64,000 nt of DNA from Leucoraja ocellata. Taxonomy: Eukaryota. The stretch covers positions 2,294,001 to 2,358,000 of the forward strand of contig JAWMAR010000352.1 in NCBI GenBank assembly GCA_036785375.1, read 5' to 3'. How positions within the stretch are numbered: position 1 is the first letter of the stretch; the number at the start of each line of letters is the position of its first letter. The notes below the pieces were generated by a model, which ran no database searches, was not told where the DNA came from, and was given only the letters and a program-made list of their open reading frames with translations. Positions 52,507-64,000 of this stretch are shown here, piece by piece. A program made the position numbers and the translations under genes.

Positions 52507-55440
52507 GTGTTTAAGAGGGAACTGCAGATGCTGGAGAATCAAAGGTTACACAAAAAAGCTGGAGAAACTCAGCGGATGCAGCAGCATCTATGGAGCGAAG
52601 GAAATAGGCAACGTTTCGGGCCGAAACCCTTCTTCAGACTGATCGGGGGCGGGGGTGGGTGGGGACAAGAAAGGGAAAAGGAGGAGTAGCCCGAAGGCTG
52701 GGGGATGGGAGGAGACAGCAGGGGGGCTGAGGAAGGGGAGGAGACAGCAAGGACTAACAAAATTGGGAGAATTCGATGTTCATGCCCCCGGGATGCAGAC
52801 TCCCCAAACGGAATATGAGGTGCTGTTCCTCCAATTTCCGGTGCTGCTCCCTGTGGCCATGGAGGAGACCCAGGACAGAGAGGTCGGAGACGGAGTGGGA
52901 GGGGGAGTTGAAGTGCTGAGCCACCGGGAGGTCAGCTTGGTTATTGCGGACCGAGCTGAGGTGTTCGGCGAAACGATCGCCCAACCTCCGCTTGGTCTCA
53001 CCGATATAGATCTGCTGACATCTAGAGCAGCGGACGCAATAGATGAGGTTGGAAGAGATGCAGGTAAACCTCTGTCGCACCTGGAACGATTGCTTGGGTC
53101 CTTGAACGGAGTCGAGGGGGGAGGTAAAGGGACAAGTGTTGCATCTCTTGCGGTTGCAAGGGAAAGTGCCCGGGGAGGGGGTGGACCGAGAGGGAAGGGA
53201 AGAATTGACAAGGGAGTTATGGAGGGAGCGGTCTTTGCGGAAGGCAGATATGGGGGAGATGGGAAGATGTGGCGAGTGGTGGGGTCACGTTGGAGGTGGC
53301 GAAACTGACGGATTACTTTTTGTATGTGACGGCTGGTGGGGTGAAAGGTGAGGACTAGGGGGACTCGGCCCTTGTTGCGAGTGCGGGGATGGGGAGAGAG
53401 AGCAGTGTTGCGGGGTATGGAGGAGACCCTGGTGCGAGCCACATTTATGGTGGAGGAGGGGAACCCCCGTTCCCTGAATAGTGAGGACATTTCAGATGTC
53501 CTGGTGTGGAACGCCTCATCCGTGGAGCAGATGCGGCGTAGACGGAGGAATTGGGAGTAGGGGATGGAGTCCTTACAGGAAGCAGGGTGGGAAGAAGTGT
53601 AGTCCAGATAGCCATGGGAGTCAGTGGGTTTATAGTGTATGTCGGTCAGGAGTCTATCACCTGCAATGGAGATAGTGAGGTCAAGGAATGGTAGGGAAGT
53701 GTCGGAAATGGTCCAGGTGTATTTGAGTGCCGGATGGAAGTTAGTGGTGAAGTGGATGAAGTCAGTCAGTTGTGTGCCGGTGCAGGAGGTGGCACCAAAG
53801 CAGTCGTCGATGTAGCGGAGGTAGAGCTCGGGGATGGGGCCCTGGTATGTATTGAACAAGGATTGCTCGACGTAACGTACAAATAGGCCGGCATAGCTGG
53901 GGCCCATGCGTGTGCCCATAGCTACGCCTTGTATTTGGAGGAAATGGGAGGAGTCGAACGTGAAGTTATTGAGGGTAAGGACCAGCTCCGCTAGGCGGAG
54001 GAGAGTGTCAGTGGCTGGGTATAGGTTGCTTCTCTGGTCGAGGAAGAACCGGAGGGCTATGAGACCATCGTGGTGGGGGATGGAGGTGTAGAGTGATTGG
54101 ACGTCCATGGTGAAGATGAGGGGGTGAGGGCCTAGAGAATTGAATGCGCGGAGACGACGGAGAGTGTCTGAGGTGTCTTGAACATAGGTAGGGAGGGATT
54201 TAACCAAGGGTGATAGGATGGAGTCAAGGTATTTGGAAATGAGTTCGGTGGGGCACGAACAGGCGGAGACAATGGGTCTTCCGGGACAGTCAGGTTTGTG
54301 GATTTTAGGGAGAAGGTAAAATCGGGCTGTGCGGGGCTGGGGAACGATGAGGTTGGAGGCTCGGTCGGGTAGGACATTGGAGTGGATGAAGTTGGTGATG
54401 GTGCTGGAGATGGTGGCCTGGTGCTCGTCAGTGGGGTCATGGTCCAGGGGTAAGTAGGAGGAGGTGTCCGATAGTTGGCGCGTGGCCTCAGCTTTGTAGA
54501 GATCGGCGTGCCAGACTACCACGGCACCTCCCTTGTCAGCGGGTTTGATAACCAAATCTGGGTTGTTGCGGAGTGAGTCGATGGCAGAACTTTCATGTGG
54601 TGAGAGATTGGAGTGAGACAGGGGAGTGGAGAAGTTGAGGCAGTTGATGTCGCGACGGCAGTTATTGATAAAAAGTTCTAAAGCCGGAAATTGGCCACGA
54701 GGGGGGTTCCACGAGGAGGGGGTGCGTTGGAGACGGGAAAAGGGGTCATCAGTGGGGGGCGAGGACTCCTTCCCATGGAAGAAAGCTGTGAGGCGGCGGC
54801 GACGGTAGAAGCGCTCCAAGTCGTGGTGGGCGCGGAATTCATTGAGGTGGGGACGGAGGGGGACAAAGGTAAGACCTCTGTTGAGGACGGTCCGTTCGGT
54901 GTTGGAGAGGGGGAGGTCGGGGGGGATGGTGAACACTCGACAGGGATGGGGGTTGGGGCCGGAGGAAGGCAGGTGGGGACGAGGCGATGTGTGGTGGGGG
55001 GGTGGTGGGTGGTCAGGGGGTGGGGTGGTGAGAGGGCTGTGGTGTGGGTGGGGAAGAGCAGGGGCCACACAGTTAGAGGGGGTGGGGGGAGGAGACTTAC
55101 AGTTAGAGGGGGTGGGGGGAGGAGACTCAGTCGAACTGCCACTGAGGTAGACCAGGCTGGGTCGACTGGCACTAGGACCCAGTGGAGTCAAACCCAGGAG
55201 AGTGGGAGAAAGCAGCGTGAGGGCTTCAGGCCCAGTGGAGAGTCCAGGCTCCAGGTAAGGCGACGGCTGTGGGTTGTTGGAGGGAGGTGGAGTGGCGCGG
55301 GTCAGCGGACCCGATGGTGAGAGTCCAGTGGTGCGGGTCAGCGGACCCGATGTTCGGAGTCGATGGGCGGTTGAGTCGGGGTCCGCGGGCGATGTGTGGG
55401 AGGTCCCGGTGGGCGGATGGTCGGCGGTGCGGTGCAGCGG
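52507..55440 (-). mobile_element. Penelope-like (Neptune-type) element, left arm
   Basis: ORFs 52780-55614 and 52754-53080: KPADKGG, MDVQSLYT, GVAMG, YLRYIDD; GIY-YIG LIYCVRCSRCQQIYIGET. Confidence 0.95.
52607..52641 (-). ncRNA. minimal type I hammerhead ribozyme motif
   Basis: Exact reverse complement of 58311-58345. Confidence 0.7.
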
Positions 55441-58407
55441 GGTGCTGCACCGCACCCCGCTCATCTCATCGCCTTCCCGGGCTGGCCGAGCCTTGCCGCC
55501 CCGCCGACCATCCGCCCACCGGGACCTCCCACACATCGCCCGCGGACCCCGACTCAACCGCCCATCGACTCCGAACATCGGGTCCGCTGACCCGCGCCAC
55601 TGGACTCTCACCATCGGGTCCGTTGACCCTCGCTACTGCACCTCCCTCCAACAACCCACAGCCGTCGCCTTACCTGGAGCCTGGACTCTCCACTGGGCCT
55701 GAAGCCCTCACGCTGCTTTCTCCCACTCTCCTGGGTTTGACTCCACTGGGTCCTAGTGCCAGTCGACCCAGCCTGGTCTACCTCAGTGGCAGTTCGACTG
55801 AGTCTCCTCCCCCCACCCCCTCTAACTGTAAGTCTCCTCCCCCCACCCCCTCTAACTGTGTGCCCCTGCTCTTCCCCACCCACACCACAGCCCTCTCACC
55901 CCCCCACCCCCTGACCACCCACCACCCCCCCACCACACATCGCCTCGTCCCCACCTGCCGTCCTCCGGCCCCAACCCCCATCCCTGTCGAGTGTTCACCA
56001 TCCCCCCCGACCTCCCCCTCTCCAACACCGAACGGTCCGTCCTCAACAGGTCTTACCTTTGTCCCCCTCCGTCCCCACCTCAATGAATTCCGCGCCCACC
56101 ACGACTTGGAGCGCTTCTACCGTCGCCTCCGCCTCACAGCTTTCTTCCATGGGAAGGAGTCCTCGCCCCCCACTGATGACCCCTTTTCCCGTCTCCAACG
56201 CAACCCCTCCTCGTGGAAACCCCCTCGTGGCCAATTTCCGGCTTTAGAACTTTTTATCAATAACTGCCGTCGCGACATCAACTGCCTCAACTTCTCCACT
56301 CCCCTGCCTCACTCCAATCTCTCACCACATGAACGTTCTGCCATCGACTCACTCCGCAACAACCCAGATTTGGTTATCAAACCCGCTGACAAGGGAGGTG
56401 CCGTGGTAGTCTGGCGCGCCGATCTCTACAAAGCTGAGGCCACGCGCCAACTATCGGACACCTCCTCCTACTTACCCCTGGACCATGACCCCACTGACGA
56501 GCACCAGGCCACCATCTCCAGCACCATCACCAACTTCATCCACTCCAATGTCCTACCCGACCGAGCCTCCAACCTCATCGTTCCCCAGCCCCGCACAGCC
56601 CGATTTTACCTTCTCCCTAAAATCCACAAACCTGACTGTCCCGGAAGACCCATTGTCTCCGCCTGTTCGTGCCCCACCGAACTCATTTCCAAATACCTTG
56701 ACTCCATCCTATCACCCTTGGTTAAATCCCTCCCTACCTATGTTCAAGACACCTCAGACACTCTCCGTCGTCTCCGCGCATTCAATTCTCTAGGCCCTCA
56801 CCCCCTCATCTTCACCATGGACGTCCAATCACTCTATACCTCCATCCCCCACCACGATGGTCTCATAATAATAATAATAATAATAATCATAGCCCTCCGG
56901 TTCTTCCTCGACCAGAGAAGCAACCTATACCCAGCCACTGACACTCTCCTCCGCCTAGCGGAGCTGGTCCTTACCCTCAATAACTTCACGTTCGACTCCT
57001 CCCATTTCCTCCAAATACAAGGCGTAGCTATGGGCACACGCATGGGCCCCAGCTATGCCGGCCTATTTGTAGGTTACGTCGAGCAATCCTTGTTCAATAC
57101 ATACCAGGGCCCCATCCCCGACCTCTACCTCCGCTACATCGACGACTGCTTTGGTGCCACCTCCTGCACCGGCACACAACTGACTGACTTCATCCACTTC
57201 ACCACTAACTTCCATCCGGCACTCAAATACACCTGGACCATTTCCGACACTTCCCTACCATTCCTTGACCTCACTATCTCCATTGCAGGTGATAGACTCC
57301 TGACCGACATACACTATAAACCCACTGACTCCCATGGCTATCTGGACTACACTTCTTCCCACCCTGCTTCCTGTAAGGACTCCATCCCCTACTCCCAATT
57401 CCTCCGTCTACGCCGCATCTGCTCCACGGATGAGGCGTTCCACACCAGGACATCTGAAATGTCCTCACTATTCAGGGAACGGGGGTTCCCCTCCTCCACC
57501 ATAAATGAGGCTCGCACCAGGGTCTCCTCCATACCCCGCAACACTGCTCTCTCTCCCCATCCCCGCACTCGCAACAAGGGCCGAGTCCCCCTAGTCCTCA
57601 CCTTTCACCCCACCAGCCGTCACATACAAAAAGTAATCCTCCGTCAGTTTCGCCACCTCCAACGTGACCCCACCACTCGCCACATCTTCCCATCTCCCCC
57701 CATATCTGCCTTCCGCAAAGACCGCTCCCTCCATAACTCCCTTGTCAATTCTTCCCTTCCCTCTCGGTCCACCCCCTCCCCCGATACTTTCCCTTGCAAC
57801 CGCAAGAGATGCAACACTTGTCCCTTTACCTCCCCCCTCGACTCCGTTCAAGGACCCAAGCAATCGTTCCAGGTGCGACAGAGGTTTACCTGCATCTCTT
57901 CCAACCTCATCTATTGCGTCCGCTGCTCTAGATGTCAGCAGATCTATATCGGTGAGACCAAGCGGAGGTTGGGCGATCGTTTCGCCGAACACCTCCGCTC
58001 GGTCCGCAATAACCAAGCTGACCTCCCGGTGGCTCAGCACTTCAACTCCCCCTCCCACTCCGTCTCCGACCTCTCTGTCCTGGGTCTCCTCCATGGCCAC
58101 GGCGAGCAGCACCGGAAATTGGAGGAACAGCACCTCATATTCCGTTTGGGGAGTCTGCATCCCGGGGCATGAACATCGAATTCTCCCAATTTTGTTAGTC
58201 CTTGCTGTCTCCTCCCCTTCCTCAGCCCCCCTGCTGTCTCCTCCCATCCCCCAGCCTTCGGGCTACTCCTCCTTTTCCCTTTCTTGTCCCCACCCACCCC
58301 CGCCCCCGATCAGTCTGAAGAAGGGTTTCGGCCCGAAACGTTGCCTATTTCCTTCGCTCCATAGATGCTGCTGCACCCGCTGAGTTTCTCCAGCTTTTTT
58401 GTGTAAC
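55441..58407 (+). mobile_element. Penelope-like (Neptune-type) element, right arm; RT plus GIY-YIG in one open frame
   Basis: ORF 55269-58172 with RT motifs, Cys linker CNRKRCNTC and GIY-YIG; 14-bp TSD around the whole dimer. Confidence 0.95.
58311..58345 (+). ncRNA. minimal type I hammerhead ribozyme motif
   Basis: CUGAAGA (58315-58321), A, GGGU-UUCG-GCCC stem II, GAAA, palindromic ACGU, GUU site. Confidence 0.7.
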
Positions 58408-58965
58408 CCCCTCTATGAACAACCTTGTCTCCCTGGCAGAAGCTGTCCTCCCCTCAATAATTTCTATTTTGGCTCCTCACGTTCTTCAGGTTAAACATGT
58501 AGCCATGAGTACTTGCACGGACCCAAGCTATTCCACATTTTTGTTGGTTATGTCAAACAATTCTTGTTCCAAATGTGCACTGGCACCATGCCCCAAATGC
58601 TTCCCTGCCGCATCAATAATTGCATCGGGACTGTCCCTTGCACCCGTGCAGAAACCATCGATTCCATTATCTTTACCATTAATTCTACCCTGCCCTCTTT
58701 CACGTGGCCGACTTTATAACCCATCTCCATCTTCTTGATCTCTCTGTCTCCCTCAAAGAGGACAGGCAATAGACTGGCATCTGCTGCAAACCTACTAACT
58801 TCCAATGTTATCTGTACACCTCCTTCCATCCTGCCCCTATATCCTTTGTGTCCTGTAGTTCTGCACTCACTCCCCTGTCCCCAGAAAGAACAGATCCTTT
58901 GATTCTCATCTTTCACCCCACCAGCCTCTACATACAACACATTATCCTCTGGCATTTACGCTAAC
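58408..58965 (+). mobile_element. old degenerate Penelope-like RT hosting the dimer (its other part is about 52420-52506)
   Basis: LQVKHVAMSTCTDPSY is a decayed LQIQGVAMGTRMGPSY; collinear across the TSD. Confidence 0.8.
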
Positions 58966-59587
58966 GTCACCTTTTTGTTCACTTGTTCCTTTTTCAGAGA
59001 TATATACAAAATAGTGCAACACCATCACCATAAATAAAACAAAATAAGAAAAACAACAATTAAAATTAAAAAAGTAAGTAGATAGGGGGGAAAAAAAGTA
59101 AATAAATAAAAAATAGGAATAAGACCGTGTGGTTCACTTACCAAATTTAAAAAAAAACATTACATTGATTAGTTATCTGGAGATAATTCAATATTCAGAC
59201 AAACACACCATCTAGTTCTATATAACACAATCTTCCCATATCTAGTTAGGCATTTATCTAATTGGTGTCATGGCTCAAATGGTCCATTTTTCCCAGATCT
59301 TCTCAAATGAATTCTCCTTGACTCTCAAGGAATATGTATTTTTTCCTTATTAAAGATGTCTCGCACAATTTCTAACCACTGTTCCTGTTTTGGACTTTTT
59401 TTCATTAAGCCACTGCCTGGTAATGGCCTTCTTACTTGCTGCAAGCAAAACTTTAATCAAATATGTATCTTCTATTTTTACAATATCTTTAATACACCCC
59501 AGATACATCACAGGGCAGGTATTTGGGATTTTATAACCCAAGATATTTTTTTTCAAATGCATTAACACTTTCCCAGTATGGCCTTAT

Positions 59588-60507
59588 GATAGAATTTGAT
59601 AGAATTTTATTTGCCACGCAACCAGGGTCGGTGGTATTTGGGTTGTCAGCAGCGGTACAATAATAAAGAACACACAATAATAAACAACCACAATAAAAAT
59701 GTTACACAAACATCCACCACAGCACTGTGGTGGAAGGCACAGAACTTGGCCAGTCCTACTCCGTTTTCCCCCGTGGTCGAGACCTCCACCCTCCGCAGCC
59801 GTTGCTGCGGGCGTCCAGATGGTAAGGGACAAAGTCAAAATCAGGGTAAGTCCAGGATCAGCTCTTCCCCACCAGAGACCGCGGCTTCAGGCTGGTGTAG
59901 GCAGCAGGCCAGCGGTCGAAGATTTAAGGATCCTGCCGCGCCGCAGCCAGAAGCACCGCAGACTGCAGGGCCGATGGTCGAAGCTCCCCTCCAGGGGTGA
60001 TGGTAAGTCCATGCTGGACCCGCGGTAGAAGTTGGCCGCGGGCCGGCAGTGATGGCCTCTTCTTCGCCCGGTTCCCCCACGAGGGATCCCAGGCTGCAGA
60101 CGCCACGCCAGCTGGAGCTGTGCAGACCGCGGCTTCAGGCTGCTGGCTGCCGCGGGCCAGCGAAACGGAGAGCTCCCCTCCAGCGAGCACCAGCGAGGGC
60201 TCACCCGCTCCACGCTGAGAGTCCACGCTGCGCCCGCCGCTGAAGCCCCGGGCGCGTCTCCGGGAAAGGCCGCGCCGATCCTTGTTGTTAGGCCACGGGG
60301 GAGGCGACCTGGAAAAAGTCGCCTCTCTGTGGAGGGGGCGAACAAAGCGGTTTCTCACTTACCCCCCCACACCACCCCCCACACAAGACACACAAAGGAA
60401 CATTAAAACAAACTTTAAAAAACTTTAAAACATACTAAAAATTGAAAACACTAACGCGCTGCTGACACAATCACTGCAGTGCCCCCTACGACTGTCTATT
60501 ATCCGTA
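59588..60507 (-). mobile_element. GC-rich non-autonomous retroelement nested in L1
   Basis: Minus-strand end AATAAAATTCTATCAAATTCTATC; L1 is collinear on both sides. Confidence 0.55.
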
Positions 60508-61754
60508 TTATCTTTATACAGTTGCAGAAAATATGCGAGTGGTCTGCCTCCGTACTCCCACACAGCCTCCAACAGTGTTGTTGGACAGCAAGTTGTCTGC
60601 TTTTTATTTTGGGTGTTATAAAAAAGCCAGATAGATTCTTCCAGCAAAAATTCTCGCCATACAAGTGAGCTTGTTGATGAACACTGTGTTTCACACATTT
60701 GATACCGTTCTTCTTCTGTTATTTGAATCGTTAATTCTGCTTCCCATTTTGTTTGATGTAGAGCGTTGATTCTCCCCCGCTTCCCACCAGAGCTTGGTTG
60801 AAAGCAGAGATGACCCGAGACCCCTTCTGTTTCTATGCATCCACAATCACCTTGATCACATTATTTGAAGTTTCATCTAATTCTGGCCTTATCTCTTTTG
60901 TAAAGTAGTCTCTTCATTGCAAGTATCTAAAAAAATCTTTGTTTTCGAGACCATACTTTGACTTTAAATCTTGGAAGCTCATAAACTCGCCATTATCTGA
61001 AACTGTATACATTGCCGTTATGCCTTTTTGTGCCCATTCTTTAAATCTTGAATCATACACCCCTGGCTTAAACTTTGAGTCATATGCGAACCACTTCAAT
61101 GTGTGAACCCCTCTTTTTAATTTATATTTTTCCACTATAACATTCCATATTTCTAAAGTAAATGCTACTATTGGATCCATAGCATGTCTCAAAGCCCCTC
61201 TCAGATATTTGTCTCCCACCAAAATCGGGGTCTGGTAACCCTGTATCTCCCTTTCCATTTCTTTCCATCGAGATTCATAATCAAGTCTACACCAACAAGC
61301 CAGAGGTCTGAGTTGAGCTGCATAAAAGTATTTCCTCAGATTTGGTAAAGGCATTCCACCCTTGCTTTTCAGCAGTTGAAGTGTTGTTAGTTTTATTCTT
61401 GTTGTTTTTCTATTCCAAATGAATCTAGAGATCATTTTATCCCAGGCTATGAATTTATCTTGGGGAACATTAATTGGGAGAGATTGGAATAAATATAGTA
61501 GTTTAGGTAGGATATTCATTTTTACTGTTTGTATTCTGGCACTGAAGTCTAGAGGAAGGGTAAACCACCTTTCAACATCCTTTTTGATGTTTTCTTCAAT
61601 TTTGTTATGATTAGTTTCAAACAAGTTGGAAAGTGTTTTGGTTATAGTTACACGAAGATACTGCATTGTTTTAGAATTCCATTTCAGATTATATGCATCT
61701 CTGATTTGTTGGGATGGAGAATAATTGAATGAAAGAATTTGTGTTTTTGTTATA

Positions 61755-63394
61755 CAGGTGCACAACCTTTTTATCCGAAAGCCTTGGGACCAGACACTTT
61801 TCGTAATTCAGAATTTTTCGGCTTTCGGAATGGAAGATTTTTAGCGTAGATTTTAACGGCTGGCTCAGTGGTAGAGTGCTCGACTCGTATCCGCAAGGTC
61901 GCGAGTTTGCGCCTCGATCCCGGCAGTTACTCGATCGCGAGTTTGAGTCTTCAATGTAGTTTTTTCTTGCAGAATAGGAGAGAATAGGGAGGGTAAGGCT
62001 GGTATCATTCTCTGCGAGATGATCTTAGTGCAGGAGACAAGTGTAGGAGAGGTGTACTGACTGTGTGGGCAGAACTTTGGAAGTGATTGCCCACCATTCT
62101 CAAAAGCCGCTGTGTCTCCCTGTCCCTCCAACTCCAGAGGAATCCGCTCCCCGATGGGCCGCTACGGTGACAAGTGGCAGTTCGCCCACAGCCCGAGCTG
62201 CGCCCCCTCATTCGCAACCCGTGTTCCTCTGGAGTTGGAGCGGGGCTGGGCTAGAGTTGTTGCTGGCTGTGAGTCTCTGGGATCTCCGTGCTTGCAGTGG
62301 GCCTGGGGGTCGGTGTCCCGATGAGGGGGCGCAGCCCGGGCTGTGGGCGAACTGCCACTTGTCGCTGTAGCGGCGCATCGGGGAGCGGCTTCTGGTGGTC
62401 CTGACGTCTCTCAGCTCCTGTCCAGGGGGGTGGCCGGAGACGTCAGGACCAACAGGAACCCGCTCCCCGATGCGCCGCTACAGCGACAAGTGGCAGTTCG
62501 CCCACAGCCCGAGCTGCGCCCCCTCATCCGCAACCCGGGTTCCTCTGGAGTTGGAGCGGGGCTGGGCTAGAGTTGCTGCTGGCTGTGAGTCTCTGGGATC
62601 TCCGTGCTTGCAGTCGGTGTCCCGTTGGTCCTGACGTCTCTGGTCACCCCCCTGGAATGGAGCTGAGACTGGGAACTGTACCGCCCTTGCCCCCTCCCTC
62701 TGCAACTGCAAACAACCCCACAGTTCCCAGTCTCAGCTCCTGTACAGAGGGGTGGCCGGAGACGTCACAGCCCGAGCCATCAGCTTCTGTCCCTACGGGG
62801 ACAGCGGAGAGCGTGTTCCTCTGGAATTGGAACAGGGCTGGGCTGCTGCTGGCTGTGGGTCTCTGGGTTCTCCGTGCTTGCAGTGGGCCTGGGGGTCGGG
62901 TCCTGACGTCTCCGGTGACTGGCACTGGCTCCAACGTGAAGACAGTGCAAAGCCCCCGCGCCGGTGCAATGGGCGGGGAGCTGGGGAGGGGAGGGAAGGG
63001 GTCACACACATGGCCGGGAAGCAGAGGGGTGTAGGTGGGGTGAAACTGAAGGGAGCGACAATTTGCTGCTGCCTGCCCGCTGAGTTAAAAAGTTCCCACG
63101 CAAGACTCACGATACACTGTGTATCGTGAGTCTACCATGGGAACTTTTTAACTCAGCGGGCAGGCAGCAGCAGATTGTCAATTATTAACCCTCCCGCGCA
63201 ATATACCCTCACCTTCTCTTTTATGAATGGGGATTTAGTTCCCCTTTCTTCGAGGACTGACCGGAGGCTCCGCTGTCACCTCTGCGGGCCACCCTCGATG
63301 AACGTTTTCAAGGACCTTTCTTCAAGGACTGAAAAAATGGAGGTTTTCGGAGGTTTTCGTTATTTGGATCAACGGATTAAAGGTTGTGCACCTG
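61755..63394. mobile_element. Tc1/pogo(Tigger)-type non-autonomous element
   Basis: TA|CAGGTGCACAACCTTT...AAAGGTTGTGCACCTG|TA; removing it restores L1 GYKLNITKT. Confidence 0.9.
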
Positions 63395-64000
63395 TATTCA
63401 GTTTATACCCCGAGTACTATCCATATGTTTCAAACAGGTTCATTAGATTTGGGAGACAGATATCTGGTCGTTCAAGAAAAATAATGATATCATCAGCAAA
63501 AAGACCAATGATATGTTCTTTCCCCCCTATTTTGACCCCTGCAGGTCTTCTCTCTGCCTTATTGCTTGTGCTAAGGGTTCAATATACAAAACGAAGAGAG
63601 TAGGAGAAAGACAGCATCCTTGCCTTGTGCCCCTCTCTAACTGGATCCTTTTTGATATGTTTCCATTTACCTTAATCCTAGCTGTAAGCTCCTGATATAT
63701 TGTTTTAATACACCGAATTGCATCTTCATTGAAACCAAATCTCCTTAGTGCTTCATATAACAACACCCAACTAACACTATCAAAGGCTTTTTCTGCATCT
63801 AAACTGAGCAGAACCATATTTGTATCCTTTTTTTGATCAATATCCACAATGTGGAGGGTTCTTCTAATATTATCCTGTTTTTGACGTCCCCGAATAAATC
63901 CAGTTTGATCTTCATTAATCAGATCTGGTACAAAAGTATGAGTGCAGGCAGGTGGGACTAAGGGAAAAAAAGTTGTTCGGCACGGACTTGTAGGGCCGAG

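Larger units (their letters stand above)
58966..63936 (-). mobile_element. L1-clade LINE ORF2 and 3' end, interrupted by two insertions
   Basis: [10 protein letters not shown] and [11 protein letters not shown] (63527-63847); [13 protein letters not shown] (60914-61765); CWRLCG...HIF.NC zinc knuckle. Confidence 0.9.

Noticed and set aside
55269-55614. Overlapping bidirectional 944/967-aa ORFs as a sense-antisense gene pair
   Set aside because: The N-terminal parts read through the palindrome apex into the antisense of the other arm; both arms appear 5'-truncated

Overview
Repeat-saturated vertebrate genomic DNA. The HE1/V-SINE-type SINEs, CR1 families and Penelope families suggest a cartilaginous fish such as a skate or ray (inference). 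One host gene can be assembled on the + strand (about 12.0-42.0 kb): a Siglec/MAG-like receptor with a signal peptide, a V-set domain carrying the essential Arg, C2-set domains, an Arg-containing TM and two cytoplasmic Tyr motifs. Two of its Ig exons are destroyed by TE insertions, but skipping them leaves an intact 436-aa frame. Mobile elements: a structurally complete DIRS (tyrosine-recombinase) retrotransposon nested in a second, truncated DIRS (4.9-11.5 kb); many CR1, Rex1/Babar, L1 and RTE-like LINE pieces; an LTR-less ERV pro-pol-env fragment with an ERV3/HERV-I-like env; an orphan H3.2 histone pseudogene; Harbinger, Kolobok-like, Tc1/pogo-like and Helitron non-autonomous elements. The most striking structure is a 5.9-kb head-to-head Penelope-like (Neptune-type) palindrome within a single 14-bp TSD, with a minimal hammerhead ribozyme motif in each arm; a miniature with the same geometry lies at 1.26-1.51 kb. 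All analysis was by eye; most TE boundaries are approximate.
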